This document shows, piece by piece, positions 1 through 12,806 of a stretch of 64,000 bases of DNA. Source of the stretch: Octopus vulgaris (Eukaryota); contig OX597835.1 in assembly GCA_951406725.2 (NCBI GenBank), forward strand, positions 1,922,001 to 1,986,000, read 5' to 3'. The number at the start of each line of letters is the position of its first letter. Positions within the stretch are counted from its first letter, which is position 1. The notes beneath the pieces are model-generated. The model was not told the origin of the DNA and searched no databases. It saw only the letters and a list, made by a program, of their open reading frames with translations. The position numbers were made by a program, and so were the translations under genes.

Positions 1-1884
1 CGGCACCATGTAGAAGCACTTGTGCCAGTGCCACATTAAAAGCATCCAGCTGTAGAAACGAAGCCGATTCACACTGGAACCTGGTGCAGCTCTTCATCTT
101 GCAGGCTCTGGTCAAACCATCCAACCCATGCCAGTATGGAAAATGGACATTAAAGGATGAGGGAAAGTAGTCTCTGCAGATAGAACACACCTCTGAGGTC
201 TATGCAGTCACTTAACTAGCTTAGAACAACCAGAATTTCCATGAAACCAAACCCTACTGTCTTGAAGACAGACTGGATTTACTTTCTGAGATACAAAAGG
301 GAACAGTCATGGACAGAATGCCTGAAAGCAGTGCTCCGACATGGCCTTGGCTTTGCTGATTCAAAAGAAATGAAAGAACTTTGATTATAGGTCTGCGTGA
401 GAGGAATTAATATCAGGCCCAAACAAAAACAATCAACAGTTAGAAAGGGAAACAAGAAAGTGTTCCTTCTGTATGACGACAGCCCCACCCCATTCAGGGA
501 TCTCTATTGAAACACATTCACATGTGTTGCTGCAACACAGTGTAAGCCATCACTTTGTAAGGCCAGGATGTTGCTCTATGACAAGAATTTCATCAATCAA
601 TATACATAGTCATGTTGAAACAAAAAGTGATTGGAGTGTGTGTGTGTGTGTGTGTGTGCTTGCATACATGTTGAGAACATACAAACATTAATTTGCCTGA
701 GATAGTCACATGCTAAACATTTTAGCATCTTGAACATTCGTAATTGAAAGTAACTTAAGCAAGTTAAAAGTTTATTTCTCAGAATTTTAGCAAAATATCA
801 GTTTCATAGTAAAATGTAGCATTTTCTGTTGTAAGCTGTAAGCAAATAACAAAAGCCAAAACACCATTCACTATTTCCATTTCAATAATTTTATGAATAA
901 TCTGTGGCAAAGATATTAAAAATGTGCTGAATATAATAGCTGATTATTTTACATGTGATTCTAGTTGTTATGAAAACAATATTAGCACTTTTTATTATAT
1001 CAGATATTAAATGACAATTATTAGCAAATAAATAATAAAAAAACTGTTTCTTTCCGGGTAACATATTTATGTGAGAAAAAATGTCCCCACCTTTTCTGTT
1101 GCTTTACTTAGCACGACATATTCCAAATGGTATCATAATTTACAAACCAGCAGAGAATTTACCTCTCAATACACCCAATTCGTTTTATCATTTCTCTCCA
1201 ATAAATATCTTAAAACTAACAACTACAGTAATGGTTGTATTAGACTTTAAAAAAAAATTTTAACCAGAAGTTTCACAAAGAGCTGAAACAAACGTCAGAG
1301 AATGATGAGTGTATCTTTGAATTACTTCAGTCATCAGAATGTGGCCATATTGGGACACGACCTTGAAGACTTTAGTTGAGTCAATCGACCACAGAACACG
1401 TTTTTTTTTGTTCTTTTTAATAAAGCCTGGTACTTATTCTGTCAGCCTTTTTTACCATTGATGGGGAAAATTACAGCAATGTCACCACTCATAGCTGAAT
1501 GATTTTCACAAATATAAAGACATAAGGGATAAACACACTTATGCATGCACACACACACACAATTGCGAGGCTTCTCTCAGTTTCTACCTACCAAATCCAC
1601 TCACAAGGCTTTGGTGAATCCAGGGTTTGCAGTCAAAGACATTTGCCCATGATGCTGTAAAGTGTTATTGAATACATTCCCTACACTCTAGCTGCATTAA
1701 TTAGAAATATTACCTGTGAAAAGTCTCTCTCCATCAAAAAGGATATTTTCAGAAAGCAAATAAGTTTGGTGTAAAAATTCATAACAAAAGAATAAATGAA
1801 CAACACTAGTGACGAGGTTCAAATAGACATCAAAATATACCAATACAAAATAATTAAAAAAATTAAGGAATAGCAAATATTTAC

Positions 1885-2033
1885 CAACTGATCTGCAAGC
1901 AAAAGCACAGTTTTTGGACTGAATTTTCTTGAACAGAAATTAAATAGATCTTCAAGACTGGGACCAAGAAGCTCCATTACCATGACATTGTAATCGCCTT
2001 CAGCACCACCCCATTTGATTGTGGGAATTCCTA
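1885..2033 (-). CDS. CSNK1D/E: Casein kinase I delta/epsilon-like, coding exon 3 (aa 63-112); gene continues beyond the left edge
   Basis: ttttcag|TA GGA ATT CCC ... CAG TTG|gtaaat = (V)[49 protein letters not shown]. Contains the CK1 signature [10 protein letters not shown]; 149 bp, phase 1-0. No exon 4 (ISRIEY...HRD) was seen in 1-1884. Confidence 0.97.
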
Positions 2034-3633
2034 CTGAAAATAGTTTAAAAAAAAAAAACAAAGTTCAAAATAATGCCTTTACATTTAAAATTCTGACATT
2101 AAAAAAAAAAAAATTAATTTAATATTCCAATTCAGTTTGAGAACTTTTTACAATAAACCAATTAACAAAGACAAAAACTATATAGCTTTTAAAATTACAA
2201 AATATGAAAGAAAAATAATTTAGAGCCTCTGCTAGAATCAATCACATATGTATATATAATTGTTTCTGATATAGGCACAAAGTTGTGGGGGGGGGTGAAT
2301 TACATCAACACCAATATTTCACATCTTATTGACCCCAAAAGGATGAAAGATAAACTCAACCCCAGCACAATTTGAACTCAGAACAAAAAGCTGGAAGAAC
2401 TGCTGCTTAGCATTTTGCCCAGCTACCAATTCTGCCAGTTGCTGCCTCATCTGTGACTATAGAATAAATTAACTAATTCACAATTATTATTACACAAGTA
2501 AATGATGGGATCAGAGTAAAAATTAAACATACATTTATTGCTTGTTTTCCAAATCCTCAGAATCAATCTATTTTAACAAATCTTTTATTACAAGGAAGTA
2601 AAATATCAATTTAATTCATACTTGATAAATAAACATTTTCATAATCTTTTATTGTGTCTGGGGAGAGTGAACACACGGATTCCCATAAAGAATCTTGCAA
2701 ACCAAACACAAACAATATTCAGTTGTTATATGAGGATACAGGCAGGGCTGTGTGATTAAGGAGCTTGCCTCTCAACAATGTGGCTCTGGGGTCAGTCTCA
2801 CTTTGCAGCACCTTCAACAAAGTGCCCTCCACGAAAACCCCAAGCCATCCAATGCTTAATAAAGGAATTTGGTAGACAGAAACTGCAAGAAGCCGTGTGT
2901 GTGTGTGTGTGAAGGTTAATAAACTATGCTGCACTATGGTTACAAATAGTGACGTCACTATTTGTGGCTGAGCTGATGGTCATTGACATTTCCCGTCAAC
3001 AAACTGTCTGCTAGTTCTGTCATCAAGTTCCTTTGGAATAAAATCAACTCCCTTAGCTTGGAAAACAGGTAAGGGTTGGCAACCAGAAAAGCATCCAGCT
3101 GTAAAAATACTGCCTTAATTACCTCCCATCTAAACCACGGTAAAAACAAACATGAAGTGGAATAAATGGATGAACAAAGCTGCAAAACCTTCCATTTGTA
3201 ATTTGGTCAGCAATGTCAATAAACCAGCTGTCAATCAATCAGTGATGGCTTCACAATAACATTTCTGTTTGCATTCAATAACCCATATTTTTCATAAACT
3301 ACCCCCACCAACAACCCAATATTTGGGTGGGGGGGCAGTTTATGAGGAACCCATTGTGTATGAAACAACATTAAGGGAGCCTTTCCTTCATTGAACAAGT
3401 TTATTGATTCATTGAACTCTACAAGTGTTTTGCCAAACCAACAAAGAAGAGCGTACGGCAGCTCAAGCTGCTGGAATGTCTCTCAAATGACACAGCGAAT
3501 AATGAAGTCCTGGTTGTATTAACTTAGGAAATCTAATCAAATGCTAACAGTTGGGAAGCCTTCAATCACAGAATTGACCTGGGGCTTCACAACATCAACA
3601 GTACTTTGTGTGCACATAGTTGTTTTATTGTGA

Positions 3634-3777
3634 AGGTTGGACAACCTTTTTCCAGAAGTGGATCACATGAGACATGACTCATCATCTGGCATGTTGCACT
3701 ACTAAAAAAAGTGAAGATAATTTTCCATTAGCCATGCCATTCAGAAAGTCCCATGGGCTGCAGGTTACCCAATCTTG
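3634..3777. mobile_element. Possible hAT-type MITE relic
   Basis: AGGTTGGACAACCTTT ... CAGGTTACCCAATCT imperfect terminal inverted repeats. Confidence 0.4.
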
Positions 3778-4679
3778 AGTTTCATTAGACTCCTGTAATC
3801 ATTTGCTCATTCAACCTTATGTCAATTCATCATTAATAATTTTCAAGTTGATCAAGATTAGTTCCATTTTTTCCCCTTGTTAACTTTAGTCTAGTTGGTA
3901 CAAAAATAAGCTTATATGAAATAGATAAATAAAAAGGTTTGATAATAATAAAAAAAAATTAACAGGTCAAGGCTTAATTTTTTTTTTAAATCAGCAAAAA
4001 TGATCTTTTCCATTTTTCATCTGAATTTTGAAGGTAATAAAAATAATTTAATCTTTGACATCTAAGACAAAATGTAAAAAAAATAAATAAATTGACATCA
4101 AAATCCTTATTTTACATTGAATTGCTTTACTTTATGATAACATTGAGAGTATTGATCTCTGACCTTGTGACCTTTCAAATAATAAATATACAGATAAAAT
4201 ATGGTCTATTTAAAATAAATGTTATATTGGTTCACTGCTAAAAAAGCACTGGACTTCTGAACAAGAACCCTACCAACAGACATTGTACTCTATGCCCTTG
4301 TGGTGCATAAAAACCTTTCAGCTGAATACAATTGTAAGCAACAATCACACCTACTTCTAATTTCACTGGTCAGTGAGTGTTAACGACTGCTCTAAAACAT
4401 CTGTTTTGTTAGTCATAAATAAACAAAATGAATCAAATGGACTCTTGACAAGAGTAAACTTACACAATATGTTGGAAGATAAAAAATTGTTTTAATCAAA
4501 CAAATCACGAAAATTTTTAAACAGTAATTGATAGATAACCTTTGTTTCACCAATAGAAACAGTGTCAATCGGTTTCTAATGATTTTTAAAATTTTGTAGA
4601 TTTTTCAGTATCAAGCTTTAGAATTTATCTTTGTACATTTGTTTTGAGCAATAAGTCTAAGCCAACAGACTCCTACATT

Positions 4680-5212
4680 GATTAAGATTATGACCAGAGA
4701 CTGGGACCTTTGGAAGTATGCTGTGCATGGGAAGACCCGGCAGGACAAGTGAGACCATAACCCGTGGCCTCTATCTGGGACGTAGCCAGCCCACTTATGC
4801 ATACCTTTTCTTCTTGTGACACAAACACTACTTGTGAAGACCTGTTGAGGCAAGTAAAAATCAAAATCGATCAACATCAATGGAAATTGTAGCTGTGATA
4901 CCAGTGCCGGTGGCACGTAAGAGAACCGTCCGAACGTGGCCGTTGCCAGCGCCGCCCCAACTGGCCTCCATGCCGGTGGCACGTAAAAAGCACCATCTGA
5001 TTGTGGCTGTTGCCAGCCTCGTCTGGCCCCCGTGCCGGTGGCACGTAAAAAGCACCATCCGATCGGGGCCGTTTGCCAGCCTCGTCTGGCACCTGTGCAG
5101 GGGGCACGTAAAAAGCACCCACTACACTCACGGAGTGGTTGGCATTAGGAAGGGCATCCAGCCTTCTGGCTTCCCAGACCCCAGTTGAACCGTCATGATG
5201 ATGATGATGATG
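4680..5212 (+). mobile_element. 3' end of an RTE-like LINE with four ~63-bp tandem units and a (GAT)n tail
   Basis: ORF end MTRDWDLWKYAVHGKTRQDK* (RTE-like DR..W terminus). Units start at 4904, 4970, 5032 and 5095 with core GTGCCGGTGGCACGTAAAAAGCACC, followed by the GGAAGGGCATCCAG core and (GAT)n. Confidence 0.75.
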
Positions 5213-5499
5213 TCCTGCACTGTGGAACAAAGTCAAGATGCACTTTACTGCCTCCCCAACATCATATTCTGTGGAGTGGAACTTCAGTGCAGTTACCCAG
5301 ACTCTTTCTAAGCAAAGAAACAGACTGAAAATTACTGAATGTGGGATTTGAGACTACTTCTTAGTACCTTTCAGCCTGATACTGAGAAGCTCATATCCCA
5401 GCACAATATACATACATCACCTTAAGAATATGGAGGAAGGAAAAAGACATAGGTGAAATGTAAATTTATTCTTTCATATAGTAAAAAACAAAAAGAGTT

Positions 5500-5895
5500 A
5501 ACTATCTTTTATTTGTTTCAGTCACTAGACTGCAGCCATGCTGGGGCATCGCCTTGAATAACTTTTAGTCAAGTGAATCGAACCCCAGTGCTTAATTTTT
5601 TTGCTAAGCCTGGTACTTAATTTATAAGTCTCTTTTGCCGGACTACTAAGTTATGTGGACATAAACATACCAACACTGGTTGTCAAGTGTTGGTGGGGAC
5701 AGACACACACGCACACACACACACGTATATACAACAAGCTTCTTTCAGTTCCTGCCTACCAAATTTACTCACAAGGCTATAGTAGAAGACACTTGCCCAA
5801 GGTGCCACACAGTGGGATTGAACCTGGAACAGTGGGATTGAACCTGGAACAGTGAGGTTAGGAAGCAAGCTTCTGACAACACAGCTTTGCCCGTG
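5500..5895 (-). mobile_element. tRNA-derived SINE, family A, with a 20-bp tandem duplication over the B-box
   Basis: Family A motifs; AGTGGGATTGAACCTGGAAC is repeated twice at 5811-5850. Confidence 0.85.
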
Positions 5896-6367
5896 CTTAG
5901 CTTTTATATGTGAAACATAGTTGTTTTGAATTTGCAGTAGAAAGAGGTCTCTGTTTGTGGTGGTGGGCATGTAGGAAGGCGCTAGGAATGTGACTCGAGA
6001 GCCAAAGGAGTGACAGTTCAGTAAGGTTCGGAAACAACTGGTTCAGTCAAACAAATCGATCCCAGAACTTACTTCTTTACTAAACCTGGTACTTTTTCTA
6101 ATGGTAGCTTTTTGTCAAACTGCTAAGTTACAGATATATAAACATACTAACACAAAGAGACACACACAGATATATATATACATATACAATGGGTTTCTTT
6201 CAGTTTCTGCCTACCAAATCCACCCACAAGTATTTGGCTGGCCCAGAAAACACTTGGCCAAGGTGCCACACAGTGTGACTGAACTTAGAACTATGTAGCT
6301 TTTGTTATACAACCAGGCCTGCACTTAGTCACACCTCTATCTGTGTGTGTGTGTATGTGTGTGTGTG

Positions 6368-6428
<61 letters not shown>

Positions 6429-7016
6429 TCTAAAACTTAATCCAAATTTTTTTTATTAAAAGGAAGATAAAACAAGGAGAAAGAGGCTACGATAAAATCT
6501 GTTGGAATCACTGCTACATTGAAATACACAATTACATGTAACCACCTGAATAACCCTGAACTGTGAACAAAGCCATTGCTGAAGTGTAAAGATTGAACAA
6601 GGGGAATATTACACTGCTTTTAGATGACAAATTCATTGCAGTGAAAGTGATAGCAGGTATTGATGTTTAGCATAACAAACAAGTTTTACAGGACTGTATT
6701 TCAAAGACTAGCTGACTAAACAGTTGATGACTAATGGATCAGTACAACTAGTATGTTTTATTGCAACATAAAAAAAAAAAACTAAAAAAAAAAATCAAGA
6801 ATCAGACACAGTGAAAATAATAACAGAAAGATATATTCTTATGATAACAAAGAACCGTTTCAAAGATTTAGAAATATCTTAAGTAGAGTGTGTCAACTGT
6901 TTAAAAATAGAATAAAATGCTTAATAGTTTATCACTGATCAGGAAGTAAAAGTACAATTATAATTTTTTTTTTTTTTTTTTTAAATGATGATAATATAGC
7001 TAATTACATGATAATA

Positions 7017-7868
7017 CGAGGTCTGATCAATAAATATCCGGACGGTTGCCATAATAACGAAACTAAAGCACACAGGGTGAAGCCACTTGGCACAGATTGG
7101 CCTTGAACTCTGCTGTGCATGAGCACTAATGATTCACATTCTAGCTCACTTCCGCTGCTTACAGCAGTGCTTGGAAGGAAGGTGTGTAGTGTGTGATCAT
7201 CACACTGACCATGACAGAGAAAGTTGTCATGGCGATACCTGCTCAGAGGCCTATGCAAAGTTGCAGAAAGTGGATGGAGAGGAGTGTATGAGCCACGCAC
7301 AAGTGTAGGAGTGGTCAGACGTTTCTAAGATGGCTGAAAAAATATCAATAATGACGAATTTTCTGGGATACCCACAACCAGGAGAACTGAGAAAAACATT
7401 AGATATGCCTGCAGCTTTGAGAAGAAATTGTCAAATCACCATAGCTATGGTTCAGTTCAGTCCATTATCACTGAAGATTTGAATATGAGACATGTGTCTG
7501 CCAAGTTTGTGTCAAAACTGCTTCCAGCTGACCAAAAAGACACTCGGGTTTCAGTGGCACAAGATCTTGATTCTGTTCAGAACGATGAAAACTTTGCATA
7601 GGTCTCTCAGTAGATATCGCCAAGCTTTTGGCGAAATTTGATGCAGATTCTCTGCTCAACTTTCTGTGTCATGGTCACTGTGACAATCACACACTACACA
7701 CCTTCCTTCCAAGGACTGCTGTAAACAGCAGAAGTGAGCTAAAACATTAACACTTAGTGCAGAGGCACAACAGAGAGGTCACGGTCAATCTGTGCCAAGC
7801 AGCTTCACTCTGCGTGCTTTAGCTTCATTACTATAGCAACAGTCCAGATACTTATTGATCAGACCACG
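7017..7868 (+). mobile_element. Internally deleted mariner (Tc1/mariner) element with long (~210 bp) TIRs
   Basis: TA|CGAGGTCTGATCAATAAATATC ... GATACTTATTGATCAGACCACG|TA, with 7017-7226 inverted against 7657-7868. The interior decodes to decayed transposase pieces EAYAKLQKVDGEECMSHAQV*EW and MRHVSAKFVSKLLPADQKDTRV (WVPREL-type region). Confidence 0.88.
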
Positions 7869-8579
7869 TATACTGGACAAAAAAAAAAAAAAGAACAACT
7901 AAAACTCTCTCCCCATCAGTGTTTAACAGTGATATACAGTGCTATATGGACCTCAACTTACAAAAAATACAATTGGTACATTTAATATTAAGCAGAAAAG
8001 ACAATTAAACTGAGTTGATTTTAATGTCTAAATTACCAATCATTAAAAACTTTAAAATCTGAACCATTCCAAGCATTTGGAAATAATCATTAAGCAACAT
8101 TAAATATATATTAAAATGTCGTATATCTCAAGCTGTTACACTTGAACATTTCATTTATCTATTAAAAATAATTTTAAAAAAACAACTGACATAATTCTAT
8201 TTCTAAATTGCTGACACAACTAAATAGGTCTAAAAAAAGAAAAAAGAAAAAAAGAGTTACCTTGATTAAGAAGGAAAAGAAATGCAATTCAAAATAAATT
8301 TGGAGTTAAAGTTCTAACAGAACAGTTGATGTGAAATTTCAATATTCCTAAGATATGAGACAAGATTTATACTAATATAAAGACAATAGCATCTAAAACA
8401 ATCATTAAGATTCATAAACATTATAGAGAAATACTTGACTCAGGCAAAGGCAGAATAGACACAAGGTTGAGGTATTAGACAACTAGGTGCAAGGTTCATT
8501 GTTCCAATATTAATTTAGCCAACAGAAATAATAATAATAATAATAATGACAACAATGACAACAATAATAATAATAATCT

Positions 8580-9260
8580 TTTCTATTCTAAGCACAGGCC
8601 TGAAATTATGGGGGAGGGGGCCAGTTGATTAGATCGAACCCAGTACACAATGAAATGCCGCTAAGCATTTTGCCCGGCGTGCTAACGTTTCTGCCAGCTC
8701 GCTCCTTTAGGAAGTATATTCCTTTCTACTATAGACACAAAGCCTGAAATTTCAGGGGAGGGGATAAGTTGATTACATCGACTCCCAGTGTTCAACTGGT
8801 ACTTTTTTCATCGACCCCAAAAGGATGAAAGGCAAAGTCGACCTTGGTGGAATTTGAACTCAGAACACAAAGACAGACGAAATACTGGTAAGCATTTTGT
8901 CCAGCGTGCTAATGATTCTAATAATAATCTTTTCTATTGTAGTTATAAGGCCTGAAACCACAAAACAATCTACTCCAGAGATCTGTTATTATATCAACCC
9001 TATGCTAGCAATTTTGGCAGCTACAACAACAACAGCAGCAACAATAATCCTGTCTACTATAGGAACAAGGCTGGAAATTTTGAAAGAGAGAGAGTCAACT
9101 ATATTGACCCCAATGATCAACTGGTACTTATTTTATCAACCCTGAAAAGGACGAAAGACCAAGTCAACCTTGGGGAATTTGAGCTCAGAGTATGAAGATG
9201 GAAGAAATGCAGTAAAGCATTCTGTCTGGCATGCTGACAGTTCTGCCACCTCAATACCTT
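8580..9260 (-). mobile_element. Cluster of 3-4 family B SINE copies
   Basis: Repeated AGGCCTGAAAT...GGGGAGGGG...AACTGGTACTT...GAATTTGAACTCAGAA blocks separated by (AAT)/(AAC) tails. Confidence 0.8.
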
Positions 9261-11416
9261 CATGACAATAATAAAAGACTGTCTTAATTCAAGAAAAGCT
9301 GTAACACAATAATAAGATCAATCAATATAAATGCATGTTGAGGATTTAATTTGGAAGTGAAAGTGCAACTGCAAAACAAAGAATTCCAGGTATGTGAACC
9401 GGACACTGATCCTGTAGTTTTCCATTTATGCCAAGATGGGTTGGATGTGTTGAAACCAGTAGATCTTCAGCTAGATGCACTTTGATATTGACTTTGACAA
9501 CAAATCATCTCAAAATACCTGTAGTTCTACAACAGAACACCTTCCCTTTTAAACTGTTTATATTTCAGTCAAAGCCTTCTATTATAATTATTACAAAGCT
9601 ATAAGAAAATTACTTTACTAAATACTTTAAAATTTTTGATTATTTGCAATAATAACTGAAACCGTGTATAAGTAGTAAGGTCATGAAAGCTACATAAATA
9701 AAATATATTTAATCTGTACAGGAGAGATAGGTTCACAACAAAGTATGAAAGAATATGAAAAAAGAAGAGATAACAATGTTTCCAAGAACATCAGAAATAA
9801 TTTAAACAATAATTCTAAAGTCAGAGAGAACAGTAAAAATTGCACAGAACAACATTCATTAATCATCATTTTTATGCTTGCATTTCCGTGCCAAGATGGG
9901 TTGGATGGGTTGAAACCAGTATTCTTCAGCTGGATGTACTTTGATATTGAGCCTGACTTCTTTATACGAACCTCTGAACTGAGTAATTTTGTTTACGTAG
10001 GACACAAACATTGTTAATAGGCAAATTTCAAAGATGCAAAAAACATAATAACACACATGCAAATATAATTGGAGTGGTTTTCTTCTACCAATCTCCACAC
10101 ACAAGATCTTGGTAATCTAAGGCTACAGTAGAAGACACCAGTCAAAATACCACACAGTGGTACTAAACCTGAAAGTACAGGGTTGCAATGCCAACTTTTT
10201 AACTGAACAGTCTTGCCATATTAGAAAAAATGAAAAGCAACGACTGTCAACTTCAGAGTCTACAACTACTAAACACATGACCAAGGATTGAAACCTTTTA
10301 CTACGGCAGCACAACAGATAATTTCAGCATTAATTTTCTTGTCTGACAGGACTTCTCTTTCACTTCACAATAGTAAAAAGGAAATCAACTATGGTAATAG
10401 GCAAATTTCACAAGTATTACCAAAAATCATAATAACCAAAAATATAATTGGAGTGGTTATTTTACAGTTAGATGGCCTCCCCCCACAACTGGCTACTTAA
10501 CGATTCCCACTGCTTAATTTAGACATTGTAATATTTCACATCTTTAAATTAAGTCACTGAAAAATGATCTCATGCATCAGACCACATGCATCTTGAGCTT
10601 TTGAGGATCCTGTGGGCAATTACTCCTCTTCAGGCAAGGTGTGTGCGCTCAAACTCATCATTTGAGTTTCATTCAGCTGCACATAAAACATATTTTGCAA
10701 AAGCACACATACAATATACATGTTTGCTAATTGTAACTACCTCTAGTATTATCAAACAGAATAGATTCCAAAAGACAACAGGTAAAAATTAACACAAATC
10801 ATTAAAAGAGACCAGAGAAGAAAAACAAACAAAAACCAATAGCTGTAACAGTAAGGTTTGTCCAATCAATACAGGTGAGAGTTGGCAGGATCTCAGTACT
10901 GTATTCAATGAAAGAAATTTTAATGAAAAATACATTAGGATTTCTTGCAGACTGGTGGAAAACAATAATTGTAAATGCACGAGATATAAGTAGAGATATT
11001 AGAGATGCAGGTAGCAAGGGAAGGTTTGAAAGAAAAACTGTGGTTAACACGAATGGCTTACAAGAAAACAAAGATAAATTCTGATGGTTAGAATGTAGTA
11101 TATATAGAGTCACTAGGATAAAAACTGACTGGGACAGAGTCCAGAGAACTGTTACTTCCAATGGTATTGAAAGGTTTTGCTGTGTGTAAGAAAGGCAGAC
11201 GATATATAAGACATCATATAACAGTGAAATATGTATGGATGCTGAACACAGAAGACAAACAATGAGTGGGGAAACAAAAAAAGATAACATATGATCCATT
11301 GAATGTGCAAGGTTAGATACAAATAAATTAAAGCAGCTTGGTACCTGAGCAATTAGCAATGTACTCGTTAGGCCAGCCAGCTTGGCCAGTGTGTGTGTGT
11401 GTGTGTGTGTGTTTAA

Positions 11417-11562
11417 CCCTTTAGCATTTAAACTAGACCTATCTGGCTTCTCACACCTACCCTACAATGTCCCTGTAAATAGAAACAATATATATGAAAT
11501 CTTGAAGCTAATATGAATAAAATAAGCATTACATTTGAGAGAGTTATCTGAATGCTGCAGGG
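11417..11562. mobile_element. TTAA-flanked MITE (piggyBac-like)
   Basis: TTAA|CCCTTTAGCATT ... AATGCTGCAGGG|TTAA. Homologous copies at 25076-25295, ~49757-49970 and 59115-59319. Confidence 0.75.
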
Positions 11563-12806
11563 TTAATGTAATGCTACATGCTGAACGAAAGAGCTAAGTT
11601 AATAGAAAGCTAAGAGACAACTGAGTTCCTTCCTTTGAACCATTTGTTCTTCAGTCTCACCATCAAACATAAGTTACAAGGCAACTTCACTAGTGCTGGT
11701 CAAAAAATAAAAGAAAACAAATGCAGCAGACACTGTAAAGTGGTCGGCATTAGGAAGGGCATCAAGCCATTGAAACTGCCAAAACTGAGGAAAGATGTCT
11801 TCTGACCCATTGGATCCAATCAAACCATCCAAGCCATGCCTCCTGCATGGAAGACTCATGTAAAATGATATCTTTTGCTTTTGACTGGTGACAAGAGGGG
11901 TCAAGTACAGTCATCAAAACCATGCAACAACATTAAATAGAATTATGGCAAAACCAAAATTCTAACAGAAAAAAAAAAAAAGTTCCTGACATCAGGAGAT
12001 AGTTCACTAAAATTTCATGAAAACACCATAGACTAATGTATAACTATAGTTACAGAGCAATTATATAAAATCCAGATTATTTGAAAATCATTGAGTTTTA
12101 TCTCATGATCAACCAAAAGGAATTTCAAAATTTATTTTTAGTAAGACAGATCACACGTCTTAAAATTATCTGCTACCCCAACCAAATCTTATTTGAAATA
12201 TTTCATATTCCATTACAATCAATGATTGGTAACAATTACGACTATAATATGATACCATATCAGCCACTACTTCACACAATATTCATATAATGTAAAGAAA
12301 TTTTACAAAACCTAATATTTTAGCTGATTCTACAGAATCTAATATTTTAGCAGATAATGGAAAAAGAACTTAGCTGGTCTTCTCCGATTTATATTACAGA
12401 AAATACTCCATGGTATTTAGTTACATCCCTTTAAATGTGAATCAAATGCCAGTTGGGTCAGCTTTACTGGTCATCCTACAAAGGCCAGTAAAATGAAGTA
12501 CCAGTTAATTACTGGTGATAATTTTAATGGCTCTTCTCTTCCATTAAAAGTTTTGACCTAGTGCCATAAAGGAAGGTAGCACCTTTACTTCCTATAGGAT
12601 AAAACTAGGGCCCAGGGACAAAACGCTTGCAATGAAACATAAAAGTGCAAGCCATAACAGAAGAAAGTCTATCTTATCGGCCTTGCAAAGTATAGAAATC
12701 TCATCAAATGGCCAAGGATTAAATTTCACATCATTTCAATGACACTTCTTTATAAGTCACAATGGATCTAATTACTAGGCATTTCTACAAACTTCTCTGC
12801 ATGTTA

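Noticed and set aside
1705-1725. Possible recursive splice site or exon 4 start (ttttcacag|gtaata on minus)
   Set aside because: Short pyrimidine tract only ~170 nt from the exon 3 donor, and the downstream frame does not encode CK1 ISRIEY.
1819-2061. 80-aa ORF as a standalone kinase gene
   Set aside because: Only 1885-2033 is exonic; the flanks are intron read-through.
4904-5120. CRISPR-like array (~25-bp repeats with ~38-bp spacers)
   Set aside because: The spacers are homologous to each other (GTTGCCAGC...CTGGC), there are no cas genes, and the context is eukaryotic. It is a tandem repeat inside a retroelement.
10802-11359. 185-aa hydrophobic minus-strand ORF resembling a membrane protein
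   Set aside because: It is the antisense of purine-rich, probably decayed LINE sequence, with no true ATG context, splice signals or family motif.
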